The notes beneath the pieces were generated by a model. The model saw nothing but the letters and a program-made list of their open reading frames with translations. It made no database searches and was not told the DNA's origin. This document shows, in pieces, positions 32,224 to 42,064 of a stretch of 64,000 nucleotides of DNA. Numbering within the stretch: position 1 is the first letter of the stretch; each line of letters opens with the position of its first letter. The stretch comes from Candidatus Heimdallarchaeota archaeon (GTDB taxonomy: Archaea; Asgardarchaeota; Heimdallarchaeia; Hodarchaeales; Hodarchaeaceae): NCBI GenBank assembly GCA_020353515.1, contig CP070695.1:3927140-3991139 (forward strand), in the 5' to 3' direction. Both the position numbers and the translations under genes were made by a program.

Positions 32224-34254
32224 TCACTGATTTGCAATTTCTGAGGTTGGATTCACCCAGGTTTCTTGTATTTTCTTTGCTTCCACTAGCCAACTAGCTA
32301 TTCGTGCATGTTCTACTCGTTCTTGAATCGTTGCTTTCCGTTGTATCAATTCATTCCATTTATCGAGTTCTGCCTGTACTGTTTCTTGTTCCGCTTTGAT
32401 TTGGGCAAGAAGATTGACTAGATTCTTATCTGACGCAATTTTTTTGGCATCACTTAGCAGTTGACTTGCTCCTTCAACATCCCCTCGAACTAAGGCTAGT
32501 TTTGTTTGTAAAAGGAGTGCCATTATGGTCATCGAGGAGGATTCTTGGTTTTGAGAGATTTTGTGAAGTTTTTCTCCGAGATGACTTACTTCTTGGAAAA
32601 GATCCTCTGCGGTATCAGAGTATTTTGTCTCCAGAATGAGTAATTCACACAGGTTTAACATTGATAAGACGGTGATGTTATGGTCTATGATTTCATCTTC
32701 GATAATTGTTTGAAAAATCTGTTGGGCTTGGAATTTCTTTACCATCCGCTTACTCATCTTCAACACAATAGCTTCTGAAAACTGGATACGTAAATGTACA
32801 AATTTATTTTTACTTGTCTCTTTTAGTTCTTGCATTTGTTTCAGATAATCTTCTGCTAACTCTAGAGATTGTAGATCTTGAGCCACTAATATCAGAAAAA
32901 ACAGAACATATGACATCCATAAGCCTATATTTGCTCCTACAATTGTTTCTTTAACGAGAGCTAATCCTGCTTCTAGAGCTTTTATTGCTTGATCATATTT
33001 CCCTTGAAGTTTATAGACACGACCTAACTGCACAGAACACTGTCCAATTCCGATTTTTAGATCTATTTTAGTGAAAATAGTCTCGCTTTGTTTAATCTTA
33101 TTCAAGGCTAGTTCAGGTTCCCCTTGGAGGATGTATGTCATTGCAAATCTTAGGAACGTCCATGCAACGCCTGGATCACTGCCCATCTCCTTGTATATTG
33201 ATAAGGACTGCTGATAATAATCTAAACCAATGTTAAGTTCCCCCTTCCAGATTGAATAAAGATCTCCCAGAGATGATAGTACAAATCCTTCTCCAGATTT
33301 GTTACCCAACTCTTTATTAAGTCTCAAGCTCTGGTCAAAATGTTTTTCAGCCGTAGATAACTCCCCTTTATGAGCATAAAGCCACCCAATGTTATTATGA
33401 TTAATTATCATCCCATTCCTGTCCCCAATTTCTTCAGATATTGCTAAAGCTCTTTCTAAATAATTTAGTGTCAAATCATAATTTTCTTTTTCACGATATA
33501 CGATAGAGATGTTATTATATAAACCTCCTATCCACATTTTGTTATCGAGCCCTTGATATAGTGCCAAACTTTTCTCAAGAAAAGGAAGTGCTTTATCGTA
33601 ATTATCCATGGAAACATAATAACAACCCAATCGATTAAGTGAGTGAGCAATTGCAGTTTGGTTTTCTAGCTGTTCACTAATTGTTAAACTTCGATTAAAA
33701 AGATCTAGGGCAAGTGCGTTCTTCCCTGTGAAATTTAGATGGAGAAAACCTATTTCAGTTAATGACTCTACAATGTCATGTTTATATGGAAGTGCTTGTC
33801 TTATTACTAAACTTCTCTCCAACAGCTCTAATGCCTTGTTGATATTTCCATTAACATGATTAAGACCTCCCTGTAGAAACGTAAACAATCCCTGACATTC
33901 TTGGATATCAGCTTGAGATTCTTTTATTCCCGAAAATATCTCTTCTGCTTCTCGGAGGACGTCAGTTTGTTCAGGAATGTTTCGAAGGGTAAAATGAATC
34001 GATCCCAACATCAAGTTCGCCCTCAATACTTGGATGACATCTCCTTTTGAACGAATTTCTTCAAGAACTCCTTCTGCTACTGTTAATGCTTCTTTCAGTT
34101 CACCTTTTCGTTCCAAAACACGACTTTTAAGAATCAATCCCTCTAATCTCTCTTCTCCTTCTAAGTTGTCTATCGCTTCAAGTGCTTGAGGGTATTTCCC
34201 TAAGTCAATGAGTTGCTTAATTTCAGATATTTCCATAAGTGATACTCCAGCCAA
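32224..34254 (-). CDS. Multi-TPR protein
   Basis: Many LNxLG/ALxxxExSL TPR repeats. Confidence 0.9.
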   Translation of the reverse strand: MAGVSLMEISEIKQLIDLGKYPQALEAIDNLEGEERLEGLILKSRVLERKGELKEALTVAEGVLEEIRSKGDVIQVLRANLMLGSIHFTLRNIPEQTDVLREAEEIFSGIKESQADIQECQGLFTFLQGGLNHVNGNINKALELLERSLVIRQALPYKHDIVESLTEIGFLHLNFTGKNALALDLFNRSLTISEQLENQTAIAHSLNRLGCYYVSMDNYDKALPFLEKSLALYQGLDNKMWIGGLYNNISIVYREKENYDLTLNYLERALAISEEIGDRNGMIINHNNIGWLYAHKGELSTAEKHFDQSLRLNKELGNKSGEGFVLSSLGDLYSIWKGELNIGLDYYQQSLSIYKEMGSDPGVAWTFLRFAMTYILQGEPELALNKIKQSETIFTKIDLKIGIGQCSVQLGRVYKLQGKYDQAIKALEAGLALVKETIVGANIGLWMSYVLFFLILVAQDLQSLELAEDYLKQMQELKETSKNKFVHLRIQFSEAIVLKMSKRMVKKFQAQQIFQTIIEDEIIDHNITVLSMLNLCELLILETKYSDTAEDLFQEVSHLGEKLHKISQNQESSSMTIMALLLQTKLALVRGDVEGASQLLSDAKKIASDKNLVNLLAQIKAEQETVQAELDKWNELIQRKATIQERVEHARIASWLVEAKKIQETWVNPTSEIANQ

Positions 34255-34327
34255 TACACAGGTTTTTCATGTCTTTTCGTACCTTACTATGAAAAGCTTT
34301 CGAAAGGATGTTAAGATAATCTCTTTT

Positions 34328-35290
34328 TCAATAATCCAGCGGTGGGCCATCTCGTATCCCTTGGGGGGTGATATGAAACACTGCTTCTCTTTCTGCTAGT
34401 TCTGGAGAATCAAAAATTCTAGCAATCCGTATTGTCCCCCGGGATTTCCGTAATAGTATTCTATGGGTTGGTCTGTGCCCCCACGCAAATCCTAGTGCTG
34501 GTTCTAGGCTTCCTGATCCTGAAAAAATGCTATCTGGGTTACTTAGGATTTGATTCGTTGTCATAATTGCTAATTCGTATGACTCGGCTAAGCGTTGCAG
34601 TGTCTCTGCATGGGCCATTAACATTTGTTGTCTTCTAGGTAAATTATCTTTTCCTGGGAACTCAGCACGAAAGTGTGATGCCATTGAATCAACAACAATT
34701 AATCGTATTTCGTTTGTCTGAATTAACCTATCTGCTTTTTGAACAATCTGTATCTGATGGTCTGCATTATAGGCTCTAGTTACAAAGATATTTTCTAGAA
34801 ACTCTTTCGGTTCATCCGTATAAGAATAGCTCATCTCTGCAACACGAGTAGGTGCGAATGTGTTTTCGGTATCAATGAATAGAGCTTTCCCATTTAATCC
34901 CCCTTCTTCTAAAGGTTGTTGGACATTGATGCATAACTGAAATGCTAATTGTGTTTTTCCTGTAGAGAATGCTCCGCTAAATTCGGTAATTGCACCAACT
35001 GCGATTCCACCTCCGAGAATCTCGTCTAATTGTTGGGATGAGGTAGTAATTCGTGGTTTCGTCATTCTTTTCTCGAGGAGTTCCGCTGCTGTTATTGGTT
35101 CGGACATTCCAATGAGTTTTCGTGCCTGGTGTACTGCTCTTTCAGCAGAGCTTTTATTTATCTCACAACGGCGTACCACTTCGTCTGGTGGGGTTGTAGC
35201 TAGTGCCATAAGTGTTGGAAATTCTTCTTCTATACGTTGCTTTATTTCTTTGGCAATTTTTAAGGAAGAGAAGTCATTTTTCTTTGCCAT
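34328..35290 (-). CDS. radA: RadA/Rad51-family recombinase (divergent copy)
   Basis: GAFSTGKTQ, FIDTENTF, VVDS, ARIFDSP and an N-terminal HhH-like domain. Confidence 0.85.
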   Translation of the reverse strand: MAKKNDFSSLKIAKEIKQRIEEEFPTLMALATTPPDEVVRRCEINKSSAERAVHQARKLIGMSEPITAAELLEKRMTKPRITTSSQQLDEILGGGIAVGAITEFSGAFSTGKTQLAFQLCINVQQPLEEGGLNGKALFIDTENTFAPTRVAEMSYSYTDEPKEFLENIFVTRAYNADHQIQIVQKADRLIQTNEIRLIVVDSMASHFRAEFPGKDNLPRRQQMLMAHAETLQRLAESYELAIMTTNQILSNPDSIFSGSGSLEPALGFAWGHRPTHRILLRKSRGTIRIARIFDSPELAEREAVFHITPQGIRDGPPLDY

Positions 35291-35403
35291 GATTATCCCT
35301 TTTAGGGGTATTCCATTTTTCGCGCCGTTATCCCAACATCTGCTACAGGGGTTTGATAGGATTCACTTTTTAACATTTTTTGTTTTTTCGAGAAAAAGGG
35401 GTT

Positions 35404-36309
35404 TCACTGGTGAATCTTCATAAGAATATAATCAATAATATTTTTTGCCACATTAATTTTCGGTTGAGCTTGTTCGAATGCCCTCCATCCTGGACAAGCA
35501 TTTACTTCAAGTAGGTAGAGGCCCTTTTCTGTTGGAAATAAATCAATTCCTGCCACCTCGATTCCTATGCGTTCTACAATTCGTAATACTAATTCCTGTT
35601 CTTCCGAGTTTAATTCATGGGCAACACAAGTAGCTCCTTGGGCATAGTTTGTACGCCACTCACCTTTCGGTGCTATTCGACGCATAGCTCCTAATATGGT
35701 TTCTCCAACAACTAAGACTCGGATATCTTCAATCAACTCTTTATTATCATCTGAAACCCCTTGGAGGTATTCTTGTACCATTATTGGTGAATTATAGCGT
35801 AGGAATAATGCTTCAATTATCTCTTGAGCTACTCTTCTGCTTGGAACAAGTATTGTTCCTAATCCCTGAGTAGCATTAGGAATTTTAATCACAACGGGGA
35901 ACTTAAAGTTTTCCATCAGTTTTTCAAACAGATATGAGTTACTAATTAATACAGTCTTGGGAAGTTGAACGCCTGGAATGTTGGATAATTCCTGATAACA
36001 CCGGAACTTATCTCGAGCAATGAATAGTGCCTTAGTAGAAATGGTTGTGGGGATCCCCATTAATTCAAACTGTTTGAGACATAATAATCCAATTTCTGTC
36101 TGAGTTCTGCCAATTCTCGGGATAACACCATCTAAACTTTTTAATGATTGGTTAGCAAATAATGCATCTATAACTGAATTATTGACCAATGGGAAAACAA
36201 AACGAGTTGATAAAAAGACACCACGGGTGTTATTCCGACGACCTATTTCATTCAGGAGTTGGGCTGTTGGAAAAAATTCTCTATTTTTACTTAATACACC
36301 CAAATACAT
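35404..36309 (-). CDS. RimK-family ATP-grasp ligase
   Basis: ARDKF, FPVVIK, DIRVLVVG, WRTNYAQG and LEVNACPG. Confidence 0.9.
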   Translation of the reverse strand: MYLGVLSKNREFFPTAQLLNEIGRRNNTRGVFLSTRFVFPLVNNSVIDALFANQSLKSLDGVIPRIGRTQTEIGLLCLKQFELMGIPTTISTKALFIARDKFRCYQELSNIPGVQLPKTVLISNSYLFEKLMENFKFPVVIKIPNATQGLGTILVPSRRVAQEIIEALFLRYNSPIMVQEYLQGVSDDNKELIEDIRVLVVGETILGAMRRIAPKGEWRTNYAQGATCVAHELNSEEQELVLRIVERIGIEVAGIDLFPTEKGLYLLEVNACPGWRAFEQAQPKINVAKNIIDYILMKIHQ

Positions 36310-36442
36310 GGAGCTCTCTCTATCATGATCTTTGATGGCCTAATATATTTTTCATTCAGATACTATACTAAAAATTTTGTGTAGGCTGTTACTGAACAAA
36401 ATCATTTCCTAGGAGATACTTCTTTCAATATTAAAGCAAAAA

Positions 36443-36550
36443 TAGCCCCGCCCAGATTCGAACTGGGGTCGGAGGATTTCACCACGTGTTCCTGTTTATG
36501 TGGGAACTCGTTCCAGGGCCCTCCATGATGGACCGCTACACTACGGGGCT
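36443..36550 (-). tRNA. tRNA-Gln(CTG) with a 35-nt intron at 37/38 (36478-36512)
   Basis: Acceptor stem AGCCCCG/CGGGGCT-A; T arm CCCAG-TTCGAAT-CTGGG; anticodon stem GAGGG/TCCTC; intron hairpin ACGAGTTCC/GGAACACGT with a relaxed BHB. Confidence 0.93.
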
Positions 36551-36554
36551 AGTG

Positions 36555-36758
36555 TTAGCGAGTAGGGCTGGAGAATGTAAGAATATTATCAATCAATTCC
36601 ACATGAGTTATCAGCATTCGTCTGCAACAATACCGAGTTAATCCGAAAGAATCGAGAAGCTCATTTGATTCTTTACCTTCTTTTAGGCCTTCAACATACT
36701 CATCATATAGATGAGCTATAACCTTTCCACAGGTATAACACCGTATAGGAATCATCAT
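36555..36758 (-). CDS. rpoN: RNA polymerase subunit N (Rpo10)
   Basis: MMIPIRCYTCGK...RYCCRRMLITHV. Confidence 0.98.
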   Translation of the reverse strand: MMIPIRCYTCGKVIAHLYDEYVEGLKEGKESNELLDSFGLTRYCCRRMLITHVELIDNILTFSSPTR

Positions 36759-36776
36759 TGGCTACATTCACCTCTG

Positions 36777-37436
36777 TTAGTATCCAGCATCACTAGCTGG
36801 TGTTGGCCGACGCCCTCGTGGAGCTCTAAAATACTCCACTCGTAATTGGGCATCTCTTTCTGGAGTTAACTCACCTTTTTCTTTCAACACTTCTTTTGTG
36901 AGGAGCCAAAAGATCATTGCGAGCGAGTTTCGACCCTTATTATTGCAAGGGATCGCTAAGTCGATATATTTAGTTACATTGTCTGTGTCTACTAGCGATA
37001 TGACAGGAATTCCCACTCGTGCTGCTTCTTTCAATGCTTGTCGGTCAAAATGAGGATCTGAAATCAATACAGTACTTGGTTCAAGATAATGATATCGTCC
37101 TTTTATATTGGGATTAGTAAATATTCCAGGGATAAAGCGACCAGTTATCGGAACTGCTCCTGTCACTTTACAGAACATCTCTACAGGAAATATTCCATAT
37201 GCTCGGACACTACACACCACTACCTGGTTTATATTCTGTCGGGCAAGAAATTTAGCAGCTGTACGGATTCGTTCATCTGTTTTATGGACGTCTAAGACAT
37301 AAAGGCCATCGCTTCTTGTCCTATAAATTGCCCACTCCATACTCTTCATCCCAGAAGAGGTTCCAATGTGAACGCCCGCCTTTAAATAATCCTCTAGGGG
37401 TGCAAGGAGCTCCCCTTCTGTCTCTAAAAGTGACAT
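36777..37436 (-). CDS. rps2: 30S ribosomal protein S2 (uS2)
   Basis: YLKAGVHIGT, GRFIPGIFTNP and AIPCNNKG. Confidence 0.98.
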   Translation of the reverse strand: MSLLETEGELLAPLEDYLKAGVHIGTSSGMKSMEWAIYRTRSDGLYVLDVHKTDERIRTAAKFLARQNINQVVVCSVRAYGIFPVEMFCKVTGAVPITGRFIPGIFTNPNIKGRYHYLEPSTVLISDPHFDRQALKEAARVGIPVISLVDTDNVTKYIDLAIPCNNKGRNSLAMIFWLLTKEVLKEKGELTPERDAQLRVEYFRAPRGRRPTPASDAGY

Positions 37437-37546
37437 TTGATGTAAATTCCTCTAAATAATCATCTTTTCCTGCTTTAAGAGCCAATGAGGGTTCTTAAAA
37501 CTAAGGTTAAGAAGCTTTGGAGTATTTTTCAAGAATAAACTGGCCA

Positions 37547-38314
37547 TTAATCATAGATAAATAGAATTGTTTTTTGGTCGGAATCAGCCCAAGAAGCTCG
37601 TTTCGATTCTACCATCATTTTCATGATCATACGAATATCTGGGGGGGGTAATGATGACCAAGATTGTTTCATTTTAACAATATCGAACATTGTAACCATA
37701 TCATAGCCATTTTGAAAAGCATACTCAAATAATTCATCAGTGTGAGACTTCAGAGTTTTCCAGTATATTCGGAGTCGTGTTTTTTCGTCATCCCACCATG
37801 CTGCCTTCTCAATTTCAATGAGGTATTCAGAAATCAAAACTAATTGTGGAAGTGTTAATTTCTTCTTTAGTAGAGGGTTTTTAAATGGATAAACAAGCGC
37901 TACTTCTTGGAGATCAAGAACATGAAAATTTAGTACTCGTGCAAAATCCAGCATAAATTCTCCCCACGTGGTTAACCATTGTTGTTTCAACTGGGGATCG
38001 TCAGGCACCATCCAACGCCATGGTTTTCCCACCCATGAAGGAAGAACCGGTTTTACTCGAGGATCAACAGTCCCGGGTTGAAGGTGTGCGGGTTTAACAG
38101 GCGTTGGTTTAACAGCAACCTGAGGAGTCTGAACTTTTGGTACAGCTGTGTGCTGAGAAATAGAGGATTGTGAAACATTAGCGCGGATCTGCACGAAATC
38201 TGGAGAGAGAGGCTTGTTTTGTTCTTTCGTAACCTCATCTAAGACTGATCCAAGTATATCAGCTGATTCTGTCTTTTTCTTCTCTTTTTCTCTTTTTCGT
38301 TGCATTTCAGCCAT
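37547..38314 (-). CDS. vps25: ESCRT-II subunit Vps25 with an N-terminal low-complexity extension
   Basis: QWLTTWGEFMLDF...PFKNPLLKKKL...IYWKT tandem winged-helix pattern; ESCRT context. Confidence 0.85.
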   Translation of the reverse strand: MAEMQRKREKEKKKTESADILGSVLDEVTKEQNKPLSPDFVQIRANVSQSSISQHTAVPKVQTPQVAVKPTPVKPAHLQPGTVDPRVKPVLPSWVGKPWRWMVPDDPQLKQQWLTTWGEFMLDFARVLNFHVLDLQEVALVYPFKNPLLKKKLTLPQLVLISEYLIEIEKAAWWDDEKTRLRIYWKTLKSHTDELFEYAFQNGYDMVTMFDIVKMKQSWSSLPPPDIRMIMKMMVESKRASWADSDQKTILFIYD

Positions 38315-38355
38315 GAAATTTCAACTTACCATGTCCCACAGCCTACTCGGAATAA

Positions 38356-39504
38356 TTATCCTCCAAATCGGTCCTTCCACTCTTCATAGCGTGTGAGTTC
38401 TTTAGGTGACACAGAAGGTTTGATACTTTCCATACCAACCAGAAAATCTTTGATACCAGGAGCCCGAGGTTGAATACTAGCATCTTTCAAAGCTCCTTCT
38501 GCGTCAAGTTCGCGAATAGGGTGCATCAAAGCTTCTCGACAAAGAAGAGCTATATCTGCAGCGGTGTATCCAGCAGTGTACTTCGCTAACTCTTCAAAAC
38601 TGACATCAGAAGCCAACTCTACACCACGAGTGTGGATCTGAAACATTTTCTCTCTAGCTTCAATTGTTGGCAAAGTAACATAAACTCGTCTCTCAAACCG
38701 TCGCCGCATTGCTGCATCAATGTCCCATGGGGTATTGGTTGCTCCAACTGTAACCAACAGTTCTTCTCCTGTACCAAATCCCTCAACTGCCTGCAAAAGC
38801 TGAGTTTTAACCCGACGCATTGCTTCTCCCTCGGAACTACCACCCCTTGCCCCTGCTAATGAGTCTATTTCGTCAAAAAATATAATTGAAGGAGATTCTT
38901 CAACAGCGCGATCATATAACTCCTTTACTAATTTCTCTGACTCTCCAAGCCACTTACTAATCAGATTCGCAGCGCTTACTGAAAAAAAAGTAGAATCAAC
39001 TTCTGATGCAACTGCTTTACAAAGGTACGTTTTTCCACAGCCTGGGGGTCCATACATCAAGATTCCTTTCCACGGTTTACGAGCACCCTTAAACAGATCT
39101 GGTCGAGACATTGGAAGAATGATCGCTTCTCGTAACGCACGCTTTGCACCTTCCATTCCAGCGACATCTTCCCATTTTACATTGGGTTTTTCTCGAACAA
39201 TAACACTCGAGATTGCCCCTGAAATTTCTTCATCCTCTTCTGGTGATACTGCGGCTGAGGAACTCTTTTTGACATCAGAAGACTCTATAATCCCGCGAAT
39301 TTCTTTCACACGTAAAATATATTCCATTGCTTTTTGGTAGTAAAGATTTTTCATATTAGGGTCGTCTGTGAAATTAATCAGCTTCTGTAATTGTTCAGCA
39401 GCACTCACATAATAACGAACAGCTTGTTGCGCCTGCCCACCTTGATCAAGCTTGTAGGCCATTGCTGCATTTTTTTTAGCAGCATCAAATAACGGGGAGC
39501 TCAT
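38356..39504 (-). CDS. vps4: Vps4 AAA ATPase (MIT plus AAA)
   Basis: N-terminal MIT; EKPNVKWEDVAG, GPPGCGKT, SKWLGESEKLVK, FDEID and RRRFERR. Confidence 0.96.
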   Translation of the reverse strand: MSSPLFDAAKKNAAMAYKLDQGGQAQQAVRYYVSAAEQLQKLINFTDDPNMKNLYYQKAMEYILRVKEIRGIIESSDVKKSSSAAVSPEEDEEISGAISSVIVREKPNVKWEDVAGMEGAKRALREAIILPMSRPDLFKGARKPWKGILMYGPPGCGKTYLCKAVASEVDSTFFSVSAANLISKWLGESEKLVKELYDRAVEESPSIIFFDEIDSLAGARGGSSEGEAMRRVKTQLLQAVEGFGTGEELLVTVGATNTPWDIDAAMRRRFERRVYVTLPTIEAREKMFQIHTRGVELASDVSFEELAKYTAGYTAADIALLCREALMHPIRELDAEGALKDASIQPRAPGIKDFLVGMESIKPSVSPKELTRYEEWKDRFGG

Positions 39505-39563
39505 GTTCTCATCTCTAAAAAGTACCTTTATTTGACAGGAATGGAAAATTTAGGGGAATTTGT

Positions 39564-40181
39564 TTACCCCTTCTTAATTTTCTCTAATTCTTTCTGTAAC
39601 TCTTGGGATCGAATGTCGGGACTTGGAAGTCCAAAATCTGCCGCAGCTGCTTTTGAAGCACTTAATTCCCCTATTATCTTATCCACCATTTCATCCTCCT
39701 CAACATCGGACGTCATCATTTCAAAACCTTCATCCATGGCTTCTGTAGCCATATCCACCCTCTCAGTCTCAATTTCCATTTGTTGAAGGACACCTTCGAG
39801 CTGAGGGATCTTAAGTTGTCTATTCATGGTGTGCAGGGTCTTTACAAGTCCTTTGAGGTCTTGACCAATTGCCTGTGTGGCTGCAGCTTGCTCTAACTTG
39901 AATTTAATGCCTTTCACTCGACTAGCCATTTGTTGGCATCCCCGAGCCATGGTTCGATTTTTAGCTACATCTTTAGCTAATAAACGTGCCGTTGTCATAT
40001 CACCAGCTTCAATAGATCGTTCAACTTCCTTAAGCATTCGTTTCTCTTCTTTGATGAGTTTATTTCGCTGTCGGTTCATCCGTTTCTCGACCATACGGAG
40101 GCGAACAATCCATCTACGAGTAGATCTAACATCGCTACCTCCACCGCCTTTTAACCAATTTCCGAATTTGTCGAAGACCAT
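39564..40181 (-). CDS. ESCRT-III subunit, Vps2/24/46-like
   Basis: GDMTTARLLAKDVAKNR; MNRQLKIPQLEGVLQQ; C-terminal MIM1-like LQKELEKIK. Confidence 0.9.
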   Translation of the reverse strand: MVFDKFGNWLKGGGGSDVRSTRRWIVRLRMVEKRMNRQRNKLIKEEKRMLKEVERSIEAGDMTTARLLAKDVAKNRTMARGCQQMASRVKGIKFKLEQAAATQAIGQDLKGLVKTLHTMNRQLKIPQLEGVLQQMEIETERVDMATEAMDEGFEMMTSDVEEDEMVDKIIGELSASKAAAADFGLPSPDIRSQELQKELEKIKKG

Positions 40182-40182
40182 C

Positions 40183-40854
40183 TTAAGACCTCAATCCTTC
40201 TTCAATCTGACGCCGCATTTCGTCGAGCTTCTTTTTATCAGCTTCACGTTTTTCAGTAACTGGTGCTTCTGATACAGGGGTGACTGGAGTGGGTGTTTCC
40301 GTTGCTGGTAAAGAACTTGTTGTCAATTCCGCTTCTAATTCGGCCATTTGTTGAGCAATTCTATCATCAGCTTCTACATCCATCCCGATTTCAGTGATCG
40401 AAGTATCAGTTAATGCTTCTTCCATGCCTGAAACCATTTCGATGGAATCTTCCAATGACATCATTACTTCTTCTGTTCTTTCAGGGGAAGCTGCATCAAT
40501 ATTGGCTTCAATAGCCGTTTGAGCTGAAGCTAAAGTTTCAGTTAGAGTAACATTATCTGCCGATACGTCTAGAGTATCAATCGTACGTTGTAGATTTGCA
40601 ATTTTATTATGAGTATTTGATACTTGGGTTAAGTAGAGTTCACGACGTTTTAGTGCTTGTTGAGCTCCCATTTTATTTCCAGATTTCATCAAAGTTCGAG
40701 CAAGTTCATATTGTTCATCAGCTTGCCGTTGATAATTACGAATTTTAACTTCCATTTGGTTGATGGTACGTTTGAGTTTAGCTTTCGTTTCAGTACTACC
40801 AGAGGGCTTTTTACCTGTTAGGAAACCTTTAAATCGTTTCACGGGGTAATTCAT
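40183..40854 (-). CDS. ESCRT-III subunit, Vps20/32/60 (Snf7)-like
   Basis: GNKMGAQQALKRRELY; acidic C-terminal half with a Pro-rich linker. Confidence 0.9.
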   Translation of the reverse strand: MNYPVKRFKGFLTGKKPSGSTETKAKLKRTINQMEVKIRNYQRQADEQYELARTLMKSGNKMGAQQALKRRELYLTQVSNTHNKIANLQRTIDTLDVSADNVTLTETLASAQTAIEANIDAASPERTEEVMMSLEDSIEMVSGMEEALTDTSITEIGMDVEADDRIAQQMAELEAELTTSSLPATETPTPVTPVSEAPVTEKREADKKKLDEMRRQIEEGLRS

Positions 40855-41056
40855 CTCACTAAGTTCTTAATACTTAATTATAGTTCTTCTTAATTATAAT
40901 TATAATTCTTTTTAGTTATAAACTTTCAGATGGTATTACTTAAAACTTTCCCATATGTACCCCTTAAAGACTGCAGATGTCTTGAATAAGCTGTTTATAC
41001 AATGAAATAAACTTAGATTTTTTCGAGATCAAGTTAAAGAAGAATGTGACTGTAAC

Positions 41057-41785
41057 TCAGATCCCAGGAAAGGATAATACTATTCCGTCTAATGTTTCTG
41101 TCTTAATAGCTATTTTTTGTTTGGTTAATTGCGTGAGTGCTTGATTGACACGTTCTAATGTCCATGAAGTCTCTCGAACCAAATCAGTTAAACCAATTTC
41201 CCCCCGAAAACGAGCTGCTAGTTCTAAGATGATTTGATGATCTTGATTAAGGTTTGGATCAACAAAAATAATGACTTTCATCCCAGATAATTGACGGATT
41301 TCATGAATCATTCCATTTTTTACTAGCAGATTTAGTGCTTTTGTGATATCACCAAAGGGGGCTGTGATTCCTTGACTTTCATCGCTTAATTTTAAAGCCA
41401 ATTCCGAGACACTTAAGAGACCACCTGTTTGATTACGTAGCTGTTTTCCGATCTCAAGGATTCTTAACGCTAAGAAATTATGATATTCATCCTTTCCTTT
41501 CAATCGTTGCTTCAACCCAGGTTGTTTCCCTACCTCATAGATCCCAATCGCACGAGGAAGTCCCAATTCTTCCCGTAGTGCCATTAATTGTCGTGCTAAT
41601 TCAGGATTTTTCTTAAGATCTGTCTGATATCGTTTTTCTAATTTCTGTAAATCCCTGTGCAGCTCTTGTACTTTTGAGCTCATCTCAGCTAAGGATTTCA
41701 GTGCTAGTTCTGCACCTTTACGTTTCATTTCCGCTTCCTTAGTGAGTTTTTCTTCGATTCTACGTAATCCCATTCTTGTAATCAT
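41057..41785 (-). CDS. ESCRT-II subunit Vps22/36-like (EAP30)
   Basis: LALRILEIG..LRNQTGGLLSVSEL; LNQDHQIILELA; WTLERVNQAL. Confidence 0.9.
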   Translation of the reverse strand: MITRMGLRRIEEKLTKEAEMKRKGAELALKSLAEMSSKVQELHRDLQKLEKRYQTDLKKNPELARQLMALREELGLPRAIGIYEVGKQPGLKQRLKGKDEYHNFLALRILEIGKQLRNQTGGLLSVSELALKLSDESQGITAPFGDITKALNLLVKNGMIHEIRQLSGMKVIIFVDPNLNQDHQIILELAARFRGEIGLTDLVRETSWTLERVNQALTQLTKQKIAIKTETLDGIVLSFPGI

Positions 41786-42064
41786 CCCATCTATGTTTTC
41801 AAGTGGATCTTACACGATTTCATTTATAATTCTTTATAATCCGAACCCAAAAAATCATGTTTAGGATATTGTATTCTTGAATATCCGATTAACATTATAT
41901 GGTTTCACCGCTAACAACAATAAAATGGTTATTCACTTAGCTACTGTTTAAGTTCAGTTTTTTTATGTAGATATTTGATTATTCCATCTTTTAAAGACTG
42001 AGGCATATCATGTCCAGAGTTCGTATGCTTATAAACTTAATTTTACAGTTTTTACTTACTGGGA

